Part shown: positions 38,166 to 52,227 of the stretch, piece by piece
Numbering within the stretch: the stretch's first letter is position 1
Layout: every line of letters begins with the position of its first letter
Source: Paecilomyces variotii
Taxonomy: Eukaryota
Strand: one strand, 5' to 3'
NCBI GenBank assembly: GCA_004022145.1
Contig: RCNU01000007.1
Length of the DNA stretch: 64,000 nt
The notes under the pieces: model-generated
Told to the model about the DNA's origin: nothing
What the model saw: only the letters and a program-made list of their open reading frames with translations
Database searches by the model: none
Translations under genes and position numbers: made by a program

Positions 38166-39856
38166 CTACCCAACTCGGGGGACAGCGCTGTAATCTGTGA
38201 CGAGTGTCCTATTTATGCGACAGAAATTTACAGGACTGTACAGCTCAGAACCGCTCACGTGTGCGGTTTCAACGGCAGAACGGACCGTGCGGGTTATCAA
38301 GCTGGGATCTCGAATTAAACGGCCGTATGTGGCCTCTTTGGCAATTTCTGGCATATGTCCCCTTTTGTATGATCTGGGTCTAATGAAGGTTGGGGCTTGG
38401 CCTGGGGATCGAGTAACTCTCCAAAGTACAGTACGAATGACATACGACTCTTGGTTCTTTCCTATCTTGAGCATTGCTTGATTTCGTACCAGAAGAACGA
38501 TATCAGTCTACTCGCGTTCGCATCACAAGTCTGATGGACGAGGAAGCTCAGCGTGGATGCCATAATGGTTTGTTTTATTATGGGTTGAGAGTTCAATGTG
38601 GGGAAGCCGTACAGAGTACGGAGTAGTCTAGGTACAGTAGAAATGAGAACCTTCGCGGGGACAGGCTTTCCTGATCCGGAATCGGGTTCCTCATACCAGG
38701 ATTGGTTAACTATTACTAGCAGTTCTACTCACTCTCTTTTTGTCTTGTCTCAACATCCAGCACAGTCTCCTGTCGCACCAGTACGGGCAATGGAAGCTCA
38801 TCAAAGATCAAGTTATTGAATTATTAACGCAAGGTCAAAGTTGAACTGGATGCGATGACACACATAGGCTCTTAAAAACCAAAAACCTTGAAAATCTTGA
38901 TTATTCAATGGGTCTCATACGATGCGCAGTCCGCCAAAACAACGCGGCAAACATACTCGAGAAATAAGCTCAGCCACTTTTGTATTCATTTTCTCTCAGG
39001 CTATTACAGAGTATGAGGGGAAATGAAAAGAAATCTATAAAGGGAAAGACTATATTTTCTTTAATGTTAACCTATCATAGTTTCTGACCATGTTTACTGA
39101 ATATATGTCACGAGCACGAAATAACCCTACTTACTCATATGGTTATAGAATGGCACTTTATATCTGCTGATTCTGCCATTGCTTATATTGCTTTCAAGGA
39201 GGCAATGAAGATGAATCTAGGCCTAAAAATGCGTTCGGTTGCACTTTGCACCGCCTCTTATGTTGGGAGAACGATAACTTGAGTATAACGAAGCTATTTA
39301 ATGCAGTCTATCAGAATGGTGCACTAGACCGAATGCCAGGCAACTCAAATTCGTCTGCTAAGTACGCTATATCAGACAATCAGGGAGTGGGATAGCAGTG
39401 GATATCCATAAGGCTATCCGCTTTACTCGATATATCTTATCCCCAAAAGTAAAGCTAACTGGATAATTCGATATTACTACTTTGCGACTGTATGAATGTA
39501 GTATAAAGTGAGGACTGGAGCATAGGACACGCGCAGGATACATGTATTTGATATCCAATCTCGATTGATTTGTGGGACATTGTCGTCGTGCGCCAGCTGG
39601 AAGCGGTGGTCGGTTAGCAAGTTGTCGCTCTCGTCATTCTTGTGTTAGGACGTGTCAGGCTGCATGGGATAATTAAGTATATCAAGTTGCTACGACCCTG
39701 CTATGATCAGCTGCAGAATTATGTCTCTGTCATCTCTCAGGGGTTGAGATAGGCCAAGATAGAGTAACAAGCGCGACTTAGTCCTAGAAGGAAAGCCTGA
39801 TAAGGGGAATGGGAGCTGCGCCTTCAGTCAAATCGCCACTTGTGTGACGCATTTCA

Positions 39857-42223
39857 TTATAGGTTTCCAAGATCCCACCACGCCGATCCTTCAATATCTC
39901 CTACCGCAGGCGCTGAACTATGATATCCTATATCGCTCACATCACCGAATTGTGCGGAATCGGCCCACAACCACGGCGTATTGAACATGAGACTATCGAC
40001 AGGTGCAATTAATCTGTCTGGGGAGGTATTGTTACCGGAACGATCTGAAGTTGAAGAGGTGGTGGTCTTGTACAGTGGTAGAGGCACAGCCTGGCCCCCA
40101 TCAGCTGTGTTGACTGTGACCTCCGGTGATGTTGTAACGATTATCTCAAGGACGGAGTTTTCCTCAGAAGACTCACTGGCGCCTCCTGGGATGAGGGAGG
40201 GGTGCAGTATACTGGAATTCGACGTCGCTTGAGAATATTTGTCAGTGCAGCTGAATTGTAATATATCCCACATCAGTGGTATATTGAGATGAATCTTTGA
40301 TGTCACCCAGTCATCGTGGTTCACGTTGCCTGATCCGGATGCAATTTGCGTTATTCTGTCGACAGTATGGCTCTAGATACCATCAGCTACAATCCATAGA
40401 TATCGCAGGGGACATACCAAAATTTCGCAAGCATGAGAGAAGTGTACGAAGCTTCTCAAAAAGTCTCTCGATTTTGCTAAGTCTGCTCTTGACTTGTATT
40501 TGAGTCTAGAATCAGCCGCACAGCAATAATATAGTTGAACGGTAGCTGCAATCGCAGCAACGTGTGCAAAGAAAGGATCGGAGAGTTGCAACCCCTTTTC
40601 CGAAACCATATCAATCATGCGAACAATCCACGTCGCATGCAGCAGGACCTGCTCTGAAGATCTCCTCCAAAAGCTGTTTGGAATGGCGAGATTAGAATTT
40701 CGCTGCGATGCCATGATATACAGAAATGGATGGTTCAAGACGGTAAGAATCGCATGATACATGAACTGAAATTTCAGCCAGGGAACCCAATAAGCTCGAT
40801 TGACCGCTACTTCCTCTGGTTTGCGCTCGTAGAACCGCACGGAATCATATCTGTGGCAAAGTGGAGTTCTGTTCTCGATCTCGGTGAGGTCGGACAGCAC
40901 CATAGAGTACATCGACTCATGCCGCCAGGGCTCTTTTAGGCGATTGCTGGCACAGTAAGATACGTATGTTCTTACTTTACTCCAGACCCATCCACAATGT
41001 ATTGTCATGCTCCATATCCCTATTTCGGTTCCTGCTGGGCAGTCGACGGTGTCTATGGGCAGAGGTGGAGGGTTTGGCCCAGGCTCATTCACCAGTTGCC
41101 TATCCGTACAGTTGGGGAAATAAGGAGGGCGCCAAGTCTCCGTTGGGACACTGAGTAGACCGCTCTGTTGGCCATACGTCTGCTCTAGTAACTGGAGACT
41201 CCAGAAGACTCTCTTCTTGCGCTCCATATGTGGATCCTTGAGACTGTATGCTCTGTCGTGGTCCAGCATCGCTGATCGGCAAAGTTGAAAAGCAAGGCCG
41301 AGATAGAACCGACCAAGCTGCATCTGTCCATCTGTCGCAATGTCAACATCAAACTTGATTTCTAAAGAAGGCAGCTCACAACATTCATACCTACGAAAGA
41401 AGAATAAGACAGTAAGCATAAGCTTTCAATTGTTGCCAGCTCCACCGTACCGTTTGCAATGCGGAGCATGACCAGGCCCCTCGCATTCTCAGCGTAGTCA
41501 TACTCCTGGTCGCGCTCGTCAGAAAATCGCATTGTAAGCGCCAAAACACTGCAAAGTAGTTCTTCGGAGTGGGACGCTAGATCTCCGAGCTCTTCTAAGT
41601 TGAAGCACCAGATCGGTTGTCTGTGGCAGTGATCGAGATAAAGACTTATTGCCGTAGCAATTAGCATTGATGAATGTTGCGGGCTCCTATAGTCACAGCC
41701 AGAATCAACGAGAGCCGTATCATTGGTACTGTAGCTTGACCCAGTAGTTGCAGAATTAGCAGTGGCCGAGGACTGTATCCCTGGGCGTTCGCTAGCTTCT
41801 TCAGATACTTGTCGTTGACGTGTCGTCCAAGTTGGTCTATGACACTTGTCAAAAGGCTTTGCGAAATCAGAGTCCTAGATGGTAATACATGTTACCGTTT
41901 AATATGAGATTGACCTTCTCTTCGAGCTCCGCAAGTCTATCTTTCTATGAAACCAGTTAGCTTATGGCAAATTGCGAGGCACGAGATCATATACAGATTG
42001 ACTATCTATCGACGAGACTCTTGCCACAGGTGTATAGAAACACTGCTGGTTTAGCCGTACACAGCACGAACAGGCAGGCTTCTCTCCCGGACAACGTGTC
42101 TTCTTTCGCCTGGATTAAGTTAAGCTTGGCACAGTGAAAATGGATGCGGAACTGCTAGAACCTGCAGTTGAGACAAGCATGGTTGGAGCGCAGCCTGCGA
42201 CGTGTGCCTTCCGGTGGCGTCAT
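39857..42223 (-). CDS. Zn(II)2Cys6 transcription factor with fungal-specific TF domain (multi-exon)
   Basis: ATG 42223 MTPPEGTRRRLRSNHACLNCR / intron / RKKTRCPGEKPACSCCVRLNQQC. Downstream exons CHRQPIWCF...ESLCLLSYSSF, ERKKRVFWSL and LNHPFLY, ending in ORF 40324-39857. Confidence 0.87.
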
Positions 42224-43216
42224 TATTGGAGTAGTTTCAAATCGCAGAACAGAACACAATCAGACAAAGAGATAGTTATGCAGCAAGATATAGATACTTG
42301 AGGCGTTTGGTAGGTTAAAAGGCAAGAAGGACGATCCGACAATAGAGCCGAGAGATGGGAAAGCTACAGCTGATGACGAAAACCACGAGTCTCCCGTTTC
42401 TCTGTTGAGATCTGCTAAAGAGGCTGGTTGTATGTATACTAGGTATACAAGAAAGTCCGTGCTTTGACCATTTTCTCCGAAGAGAAGCGTCTGAAATTCT
42501 CGACGCTTTGGCTGACCTCTAGAGTGCGATGGCTAAAGGCGGATTTGTTGTCCATCTTGGGTTAGATACTCGATTTTTTTAACGGAACCAGCGGGATATT
42601 ATGATGCCAATTTCAGATTTGATCCAAATAAGAGGGGGGGTTGTGGAAAATTTGAATGTATCGGTCTTTGCAGCATTAGAACATACCTTACCCCGCAAGA
42701 TACCCGTAACCTCATTCTCTCGATACAGCAAAAGTTCAACGAAAGTCTGAAGATCACTCCACCAGCCACTTATGCATTCGTTACTAGGTAATTGCGTACA
42801 CTGCCAGTCATACGCCCCGTATTCTCTCTCCACTAATTTGCGCCATATCAGTCACTAATGAGAATTAGTTAGCTGGTTAGTTTTATTGACAGTCCATATT
42901 GCGCGGACTGTTGTAGTCCATCCATCAATAGAGCGCTAATAATGTCTGTTGATAATATCCCTGAGAAGTGTTATGGTTTTCCATACCTCTTTTACCGGGG
43001 CCATACTTGCCATAGGCAGTACCTGCAGTGACTCTTTACAATTATTATCCTACAAACTACATCTTTCAGGCTACGAGGGAAGAGGGTAGATACGTCCATC
43101 AATAGCAATAGTAATTCCTCAATACACTATCCTAAAAGAGCCAACGACCGCAGAAACAATGTAGTTAGATCGGTTAATACGTATAACGCGGAAAGTCGGG
43201 CAGATACATATGTCCT

Positions 43217-44539
43217 CTACCAAGCAAGATTCATAGCAGGCTGAGCCGCCAGGTTTGAACGACATTCACTGTTAGCTTGACAAGCCAAGTTTGAACAGAA
43301 CTGGAGATCCTGCTCGGTAACTGAAGCAGTTTTTGGCAAAGCCTGTCGAGCGGGCCATATCTCTTTCTTCGCTTTCTCTTCGCGCTGATGATGCTCAACC
43401 AGAATGTCTCTCACCAACCCCTGGAAGTACAATGGTCCCTTCTCCATCCGCGGATGAATTTCGTCGTTGACTAAGTCACCGGCATTGAAACCCTTTTGCG
43501 TGAGGTCACAGAGACGTTTGTCCTCTGACATAATACGTTTAAATATTGAGTTTATAAGCTCAAAGTCCGCGTCACTGCAGTTCTTATTTCGATAAACCTC
43601 ATACCTCGTGATCGATTTTGTGGGCGAGATGGGCACAAGTCTCTGGATGAAGAAAGAGTGCGGCCTATGTATGGTCAGTAACAGTAAACATCTTATAGAT
43701 ATGTGTACATACGAGACAGTCATAGAGACGTTAGGGAAATAGTAAGTGCTAGCGGTTCTGAGTCCAGTGGCGATCTGCTCTGCTTTGGAGTGGGCCTTGT
43801 GGATAATACCCCCGGTTTTCGTATCAACGGAGGATCCGGCGAGGTCTGTCGAAGATTGAACATCAGGGTGTGCCGTCTGACGATGATAACATTCGTTGTA
43901 GTTATCAGCCAGAATCTTCCAATTGCAGCTTCCTTCTATTTCCCATGAGTGGTCAAACGTGTAATCATCCCATCTGATGTCCTCAAATTGGGACTTGATA
44001 TCGATACGCTTGGAATCATCCTCCCATGAAATGTGTGGCATTTCACCGGAATCCAGATTGACCCAAATAAATCCGTTGTAGTCTATATGGACATGGATAG
44101 GCAGGAGTCCGTTCTGACTCTTGTCAAAGCCTTCCAGGTCTTGGTATCCCGGTGCCTTCGCAAGTTTGCCATTCAGACCGTAAGACCAGCCATGATATTT
44201 GCACGAGAAGATCCTGGATGATCCTTGTTCCTCTGTGACTACCGGAAACGCACGGTGTCGGCAGATATTGTGAAATCCATTAATCTTTCCCTCGCGATCT
44301 CGAACAAGTACATACTGATAGCCAGCAACATCGTAACGTAACCAGTCACCTGCGTTAGGAAGCCTCAGCTTATGGGTCGTGAGGAGCCAATTTCTAGAGA
44401 ATACAGCCCGTCTCTCAAGCTCGAATATCTCTTGAGAAGTATACCATGACGCAGGTAAGGCCCTCAAATCACCTTTGTTCTCGTTCGGTGAGTCAGACGT
44501 CACTTGGCCGCCAAGGTATTTCCAGAGTGATGCAGCCAT
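43217..44539 (-). CDS. Rieske [2Fe-2S] non-heme iron oxygenase, choline monooxygenase / betaine-demethylase-like alpha subunit
   Basis: Likely start MAASLWKYLG. ALPASWYTS; Rieske motif CRHRAF...CKYHGWSY; mononuclear iron motif NWKILADNYNECYHRQTAHP...EDK; in-frame 48-nt intron 43712-43665. Confidence 0.88.
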   Translation of the reverse strand: MAASLWKYLGGQVTSDSPNENKGDLRALPASWYTSQEIFELERRAVFSRNWLLTTHKLRLPNAGDWLRYDVAGYQYVLVRDREGKINGFHNICRHRAFPVVTEEQGSSRIFSCKYHGWSYGLNGKLAKAPGYQDLEGFDKSQNGLLPIHVHIDYNGFIWVNLDSGEMPHISWEDDSKRIDIKSQFEDIRWDDYTFDHSWEIEGSCNWKILADNYNECYHRQTAHPDVQSSTDLAGSSVDTKTGGIIHKAHSKAEQIATGLRTASTYYFPNVSMTVSYVHISIRCLLLLTIHRPHSFFIQRLVPISPTKSITRYEVYRNKNCSDADFELINSIFKRIMSEDKRLCDLTQKGFNAGDLVNDEIHPRMEKGPLYFQGLVRDILVEHHQREEKAKKEIWPARQALPKTASVTEQDLQFCSNLACQANSECRSNLAAQPAMNLAW

Positions 44540-46610
44540 CGTGGTGGAAAATGAGTATAGTCTGAAGAAGATCGATAATATCAGCACTTGGAGGAACTTT
44601 GGGTCGTCGGGATTCTCACCTATCTCTCGAAGATGAGTGCCTTGACATATCATTATAGAAGGTCTCTTATAGATTAGCCATTGCCTGTGACCTCCAAACT
44701 ACCGGGGGTATAGCAAGAAGAGAACAGGAACGGGCTATTGTCCGTGTGGGAGTGTCCTGCGATGTTTTGGGATAATACTGGACTCTTGGGGTTAAACTTG
44801 CCCTTATTGGTCCATGTAGTAATGCAAGCTTGCTAGCCCTCTCTTTTGGAGTGGTCTCGTGGAACCGGAGTGGCGCCAGACACGGCTCACTTCACGGTTC
44901 GCCATCCGATCTCACCAAAATGAACCTGGGGAAGGGTCTGGTGCCAATGTGGGTTGTACCGATTTCGAATTAACAGTTGCTATAAGCAGGTAATAGCTCA
45001 TGGGCCTGATGATTTACCCTATCGAGGCAATCATTCCTTTCGCTCAGTGAGAATGTCCTTATTCTTGTGTACGAAGACTGAACCGCCATCCTAGACCAGG
45101 TCCTTCGGTGCAGATTTGATGCCTAAGCACATGGTGTGCGATGAAGGAGTCGGCATACTTAGCTCCGTGTCCATTAGGAAAGAAAAAGGTCTTCCATGAG
45201 ATAGCCAGTATAGTAAATCAACTATAAGCTTATCAGATACAATAAATAAGACAATAATAGAGATTCACCCCGGAAATAAAGTTAAAACTGCACAGATTGG
45301 TTGAACACGTGCCATACTGACACCTTGCATTTGTATAGGCCGGCTTTTGTAACCGTCTACCGAGCCGTCTTGGCAGGATGTGGCCTGTGACATGGATCAA
45401 CAGGAGATATGATGCATCAAAGGTGTCAGACCTTATTCATCGGAGAGAACATACTTAGCCTTTTCTGGTAGTGAAATCCCTAGATGTGCGGACTTCCTTC
45501 AGAATGTATGTACATACATCCCACGAACATATATATACTCAACCAGCCGCTTATCTATACCTCACAGTTTCATCATATGATTTATACCTCTATATTAGTA
45601 TTAAGATACTACCTAAATCCTTACCATATCATGAGTATCGACGCAGTCCTGAAATAACACATACTGTACAAATTATTTATTATTACACACGATAACAATA
45701 ACTCTTCTTGTAGTTGTTTTGTATATCCACATTCTATTGATCCATCACAAACCTCTAGATGTACACGTCTATGTATTACTAATGATCATTTGCAAGTAGC
45801 TATCGTTTTATGGTCTTGTTAATCCAGCCCTTCCTATTTTATCGGGATGTCTCTCTGATGGCGAACGCAGCACGTCATTCATTGACCTTAAGAGTCGATA
45901 ATTCAGAGACTAAATTGCAGACTTCTGGCTAAGACTTCACGTCAAGAAAGACAGTGTCTCCCCATAATATTTAGCACGTCGATGAAGTTTTACTTACTGG
46001 AAAATTAATAGTCTCTCCTATTTGATGTTTCTGCGAGTTGTATACATAAGGCACTTCGGCTGATTTTTAAAGCGGTCAGGTTTATCTAGCGCAGTGAACT
46101 ACACAAGGTACATGGTGTTTGTCTGAACAATATATTTTAGACACTAAGGTGTAAGGTATATCGCCTAGTAGAAAGGTCTAACTAATACCTAGGCTAATAG
46201 AGTGATCGATGTCAAGCAGGCTCAAATACCACCCACACATTCCAGGGTGGGATTGGCCATTATGATAAGACAAAAGAGAAAGCTATAAACCTGATGCGGC
46301 TCTCCGTTAAAGATCAAGGACAAACAGTCCGCCAAGAATGGAATGGGTATAATGCTGGTAAATGATCATGGTAAAGAAAGGTGAACGTCCAGGAACATGA
46401 TAGAATAGATATCGTGTGTCTTTAAACAGGAGTAAGATGCCGAAGTGTAAATAACGAAAGTGCAAGATGAACATGGGGTTGAGAATAAGTAGATAATCTC
46501 AAAGGTTATGAAGAAATGGGAATACTGAAGGTATCATAGATTATCGCATGAATAGGCGTGCTCATAAATGTTGCACACCTGCACCATAATATGGTCGGCG
46601 CAACGGGAGT

Positions 46611-48717
46611 TCATATTACCATCAATTTAGTTGTCCTTCGTTCGGGGAATCGACGGGCACCACCAGGTGCTCCTAGATAGTCCCTCGGCTCAGGGCGAAG
46701 CCGTGGGCCTCTGGACGAAGGGCCAGGGGGAGGGCCATAAGACTGCGCAAGAGGAGACGATGGCATTGTTGGTCGTCTGCGTCCCGGTAAAGGTGTAGAT
46801 GCTGCGGCTCTCCTAGCATCGCGCTCACAATAAACGTGGCCGTTCCATTCAAAGTATTCTCCTCTGAGGACAATTCGACATGTCCGACACTTCAGGCAAT
46901 CAGGATGGAACTTGGGGCGGTCACTTGAGCCCCTACCCGCTCTTTCGTTAGTTTCTAGATATTGTCCCTCGATCCCAGTATTGCAGGTCGCACACAAAGA
47001 GCCATTCAACTCATGATAGTGCTGAGCGCAATATGGGTGGTCGTCTAGGACGTAAAAGTCGGCTGTTTGGAATGGTGCACGACAGGTATAACAGACAAAA
47101 CATGTCTTGTGATACCGACCGGTAAGTCTTCCATCAGCAGAGGACACAGATTTCCCTGTAATGATCTGGTCACATCCACGACAACGCTTCCTTGGTGCCA
47201 CTGGTCGTCGTGCCAGAGGCTCTGTGGCTGACCTCGTCATCGATGGACGGGGAACTGCAGGAGCATTGTCATGCTTATGGAGATTATTGGACATAAAAGA
47301 CAATCCACCTTGCTCCATAGCAGGATCCGTGGGGGAGTCAGGCATATAGAAGCTTTCGCCAATCTTGGGAGGCGCCAGGACTGAATCCTCACTGAGGACA
47401 GTTGTATCAACATTGTAGGAAGCTTCTTGCTTGTTCTCTTGGAAAGGCTGTAGTTCTTTGAGAACCATGTCCAGCTTGCTGAGATCAGAAGGCTTCCGTC
47501 TCGATGATCTAGAGGATACCGACGGCGCGCTGGAGAAGGAGCTTTGACTTGTAGTTTCCGAAGGCGACGAGCCAGTCGATGAAGTCGCATAGGAACCAAA
47601 AGATCGGTATTCCTTATTTTCTGGGATAGGAAGCACATCTCTCTCGGAGATGGTCGGCCGTCTTAGCTGGGATGCATCAGATGCTCCAGATGGTTTCTGG
47701 GGAAGTTCGTTAAGTGAATCGGAATTGTATCTTCCGTCCTGGGTAACGGGCAAGGTTCTGGTTCGGTGCAGTGCCAGAGATGGGCCCGCGGAACTACTTC
47801 TATACTCATTATCGTAGCTTTGAGGCTCTTCGGTGATCTCCGAATCTGGACCGCCATATCCTGCTCGTTTCTGCTCGTTTCCGGGGACGGATGGAGATTC
47901 ATATGTGAAGCCAGTCGGAAGACCAGAGGGCATTGGAGGCGCTTCATCATCCATAAAGCCGCGCGCTCCCCGTGAAACACTGCTCACGGAAGGACGTCTA
48001 CTGGAATTTGAAGTCGATGGCCGAGAGATTGGATCACCAGGAGTCGATGAAAACGTCTGAGAGCTGCCTCTGGTGCCAACAGAGCCTTCCCCTCTATCAC
48101 TTGAGTTTGTCTCTTGTTTAGACGCAACAGGCGATGCCATCTTCGGCTGCGGTAGAGTTCTAGACTTGGAAGGTAGTGGAAAGGGCGGAAATGCGCAATC
48201 CAGATTGAGGACTTCCGGCGAAGGAGGTCTCGGCAGCGGAGAGGTCACGGTTCGTTCTGGCCTGCGCAAGGGTGATTTATTTCCCGCTGAGAATGGACTG
48301 TATCTTGAACTGCTGCTGGCGGGAGTAAGTGGATCCGGGCGTAAGAAAGGCCGGTCTAGATACAGCATCAGTAGCTCTTCCATTATCAAAGAAATAAGCC
48401 GGACGTACTCGCTACTGAAGGGTCAATTCGGGGTAAACCTGATCTCGAGGCTTTCGGTGAAGCAGTCCCCTGCACAGGTCCAGCATCTGGAGACCGGGGC
48501 GCGTAGGGAATTGGATCCTCAGGATCTGGAGGCGGCGAGACAGGCGAAGCTGCGAGAGACCGTAAGTAAATTGACAGACAATTGCACACCACACAAAGCA
48601 CATAGTCTCACCCTGTGGCACCTGAACACAGACATGCTCCGCCATCGCAGATATCTCAACTTCAGCATTGCAATTAGAGCATTTTATAGTGGGCAAAAGG
48701 CCCGCCATGTCCGCCAT
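46611..48717 (-). CDS. LIM-domain protein (two C-terminal LIM domains, N-terminal Zn-finger-like motif)
   Basis: Start MADMAGLLPTIKCSNCNAEVEISAMAEHVC; Pro/Ser-rich middle; CRGCDQII...YHKTCFVCYTC...PYCAQHYHELNGSLCATC...FHPDCLKCRTC...VYCERD; two introns near the 5' end. Confidence 0.9.
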
Positions 48718-49044
48718 TGCGGTTTCTGTCCAGCGCGACGCTCGCACAAACACGCTATGTTGGACTGCACAACAATTAAGTGATCGAAGGCGACACCACT
48801 TCTCGTGCAGAGGTCCTCCGCTGGTGTACGACTTTCCGTCGACGCGAAAAGGTCGGGCAATCCAGTGCCTAAGCCTTTGCTTTGAAAGAAAACATGAAAA
48901 GAAAGAAATAGGACCTTTCACAGTGAAGAGACGGGGGTAAGAATAATAGAGGGGGGGTCTGCGCGCGCTCGAGACAGTGCGTAAGCTCCAGTCGGAGCAT
49001 TCGATGTAACGGACCTGTTTGGCCCTACGGGAGATGAATCGGTC

Positions 49045-49074
49045 GATAATGGGTCTGATAATGGGTCTGATAAT
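49045..49074. repeat. Short tandem repeat, 2.5 x GATAATGGGTCT
   Basis: Directly visible upstream of the LIM gene. Confidence 0.8.
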
Positions 49075-52000
49075 AGCCTTCCAATCAGGATAGCGACTCA
49101 CGGACCAACTGCGCGAAACGTGCCAACTCTATCCCATCCAGTAAGAGATCTAGATAGACGCTATGAGGTTGTGGTAGAGTACTCACTGGCGGTTCTGATG
49201 GGATGCGTGGGCAAATGTCCCGCCGCAATACTGCTCGCGTGTCGTGAGGTCGATATACTGCAATTCTACCGTAACCTTCCTCGACCGCTATATAGTAATT
49301 GTCACAGCTGGCGGGCCTTGTTCCTTTTCCCATGTTAACCAGACGCGGCAACGACAGGAGTCTCGTGCACCTCCAGGCTCGATCCAGGCTGTAGCCCCTG
49401 AAACTCCTGCGAGGAATCGACGTTGCGGCGCCAACTAGAGTCGAGGGCACGAGCCAAACAGAACGCCGGGGAAGATCAGGGGTAACAACGGCGTCAAAGC
49501 TAACGGGAGTTCACTAGCTATCCCTAGTTAACTCCCCGCGACTCAACCCGTTCCTGGGTCGACAGCTTGGCTGGTTTTCCGATTGAGGGATGAGGGCAAG
49601 TGGCCATCCAGCCATTCACACGGCAAACTCGGTGATCTGCTCAGGAGCGGTCTTGCATCTCCCGTCTGAGTGTGGGCGCTGTCAAGCGTGTTGTGTATTA
49701 TTGCACGGGGCAGCGATCGGAGGGTTGCATCTGCCAGGCATCTTCGCGCCATCAACAACAGTCAGTGACGTGACTGAGGGAAAATAAGAAGAGGAGAAAA
49801 AGGTTTTCAGCATTTGCAAAATAAACAACCACATGAGACCTCAGCCAAAACGGTCAGTTAAGGCGGTAACTGGTCAGAACATGAGCAGCAACTGTTACTT
49901 AGAGAAATGGAGGTGGCGGTCAGCGGCAGAGCCGCGTGTATTTACAGCAGATACTCGGTACTTTAAGTAGATATATCTCCACTTGAGGGTCTGAGCGACA
50001 CGAGACAGTCAAGAAGCACGGATACATAGAATAATATGGACCATGGAGATTTCCGTTTTACAGTACAGAGTACAGAGTACGGAGTACAGACAAGCATCAT
50101 CATCGCAAGAGGCAGCAATTGAATTTCTCCGGTTGTTCGTGATCATCGTTGTCAGGTCCCGTGATGACTCGGTCCGTGGAAACGGTGGAAAGCCCTTTGA
50201 AGATCGATCTGGAGCGTAAAATTAGAAACGTCCATCGTTATTACCGTCGTTATTACTATTCTTGCTCTGGAGATAGACTCATCCCTCTTTCCGGAGTGTT
50301 TAACCAACTAGGTATGTAGTGTTGTCACCCAGTCTTTCGAGTACTTTCCATGTAAAAGCTGTCCAAAGAGGAAGTGTCTCTTTCTAAGTTGCTGCAGATG
50401 TCCAAGCTGCTGCCGGTTGACAGAGCCTCTGAGTTTCTCTAAAGTGCATAATTCTTGGGCAAGTTCACTTCCGCTGTGTCTCCATTCTTCTCTCTATCTC
50501 TTTCTGTATGATTTATTGAACTTCGTCCTTCAGGCATGAATCCGCCCGCCAGATTTATGACCACGTGCGTTGTGATCGTTTATTTTGTTTTTGCCATCTC
50601 CGACGTCGGCGGTTTTCCGTCTCCTGGACTATGGTACCCCAGGCCCACTTCCCCAGCAAACCACGGGCATCATACGAGAGATCGAGGGTAAGAATACGAG
50701 AGATAGTTAGCAATTGCACTGTGTGTAATGTGTATAAAGTGGAAGCACAAAGACTGTAGCAGATCCATCGTTCCATGGAAAAGGCAGGGTCCATTCTGGC
50801 CATCACAGTACTCCTAGTAATTACCGTTCTTGTTCCGTTCTGTCTACGGAGTACTCCGTACCAAGGTTTGTTAGAGTAACTATGTCAGACCGCTACATTA
50901 TTATTAACTATCTCCTGCAAGTCAACTTTCGTGGATCTCTGCCCCCGGCGGAAGAAGCCAGCGATGATAATAATGTCCTCCACAAACAGCAACGAGAGCA
51001 CACAAGTCCACACTCTCAGGCAAGATACTACTGCTGATCGGCGCGCCCTCAGCATTCTGTTGTTCTTCCATGTGGTATCTATCCCAGCGAGACTGCCAGC
51101 AATAGAGTTTCGTTTAGCTCACGTAGAGCTGTAGATCGTGTCTGGAGAAAAGAAATACCGCCGCAGTAGCGCTCTTCCGCAATGGTGATCCGGCATCCTG
51201 CCCTCGTGCACATACTAGTATTTGGCCAGACACGTCGTAAAGTGTAGGCTTTGTCAGGTACATATAGCATACTAATACCTATTATTAGGTACGGTAGGAA
51301 AGCTGGAGTAGAAAGGCATGGACAGGACTGGAGATGTAGCCGCTCTAGCGAGGGGGGATTATTGTTAGCCATCGAGAATCTCACAGGGTGCTCTGGGTCT
51401 TCTCATGAACAACGTATCATACCTATCCAAAGAAGGACACTGGGTCCATTATTCAACCCCGCCGCCGCGGTTGGTCTGTTGTGGATATTGGCGCAAGAGC
51501 ACAGAAGCGACGCTAAGAAAGCCCACTGCAATACGTTGACACCCGCCAGAGGCCAGAAGACAGCGCAGCAGCATCCGGTGATACGAAATCGACTAACGCG
51601 GGCTTAACTCCATAAACTCTAGGCTAGATGTGTTTGGATTTCAGGCGACAGGAATAATAATATTAATGGCCGAGTGGAAGCTCGCGGAAGGCCCAGGGAC
51701 AGGAGAACGGTTGAGCGGTGGTCCCGTCCCGGTAAGTACAAAACGCTCGCTCTCCCCGCGTCCAAGTCCGAGTCCTGCTTCTTCCCTCACCACCATAACA
51801 GTCGGTTGTCTCCCCAGTTTCCCAGTTCCTCGATATCGATTGTTTACCCCCAGTCTCGGTCACTTTATCTCTAAAGTGATCATCTAAAAACCGCCACCAC
51901 GTTTTCCACACTCCTCAACTCGTAAGTAGCCCCACGCCCTTCCACGCGGCACAAGTGTGCTGTCTTGGTGTCGATAACGCGCCTCCTCCTGTCTGGCCAT

Positions 52001-52227
52001 TGAGACCTGTGACCTCTTCGAGCCCACGGGAGGCCTATATCGGCTGCTTCTGCTGTCGTTCTCGAGACATTCATCCGCTGACAATGACCTTTTCCAGGCG
52101 GCACCACCCGTTCAACGGAAGCCGACGCTCAGCCGCTCGCGGAGGGGCATCGGATTTACCTTACACGCCCTAAACGAGAAAGCACGTCTACTACATACAC
52201 TTTCTCGATTGATTCGGACGTTGCACA

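Noticed and set aside
48073-49450. ORFs of 236, 229 and 121 aa around the LIM gene 5' end
   Set aside because: Antisense or intron/UTR-spanning frames; only the MADMAGLLPTIKC exon is supported.
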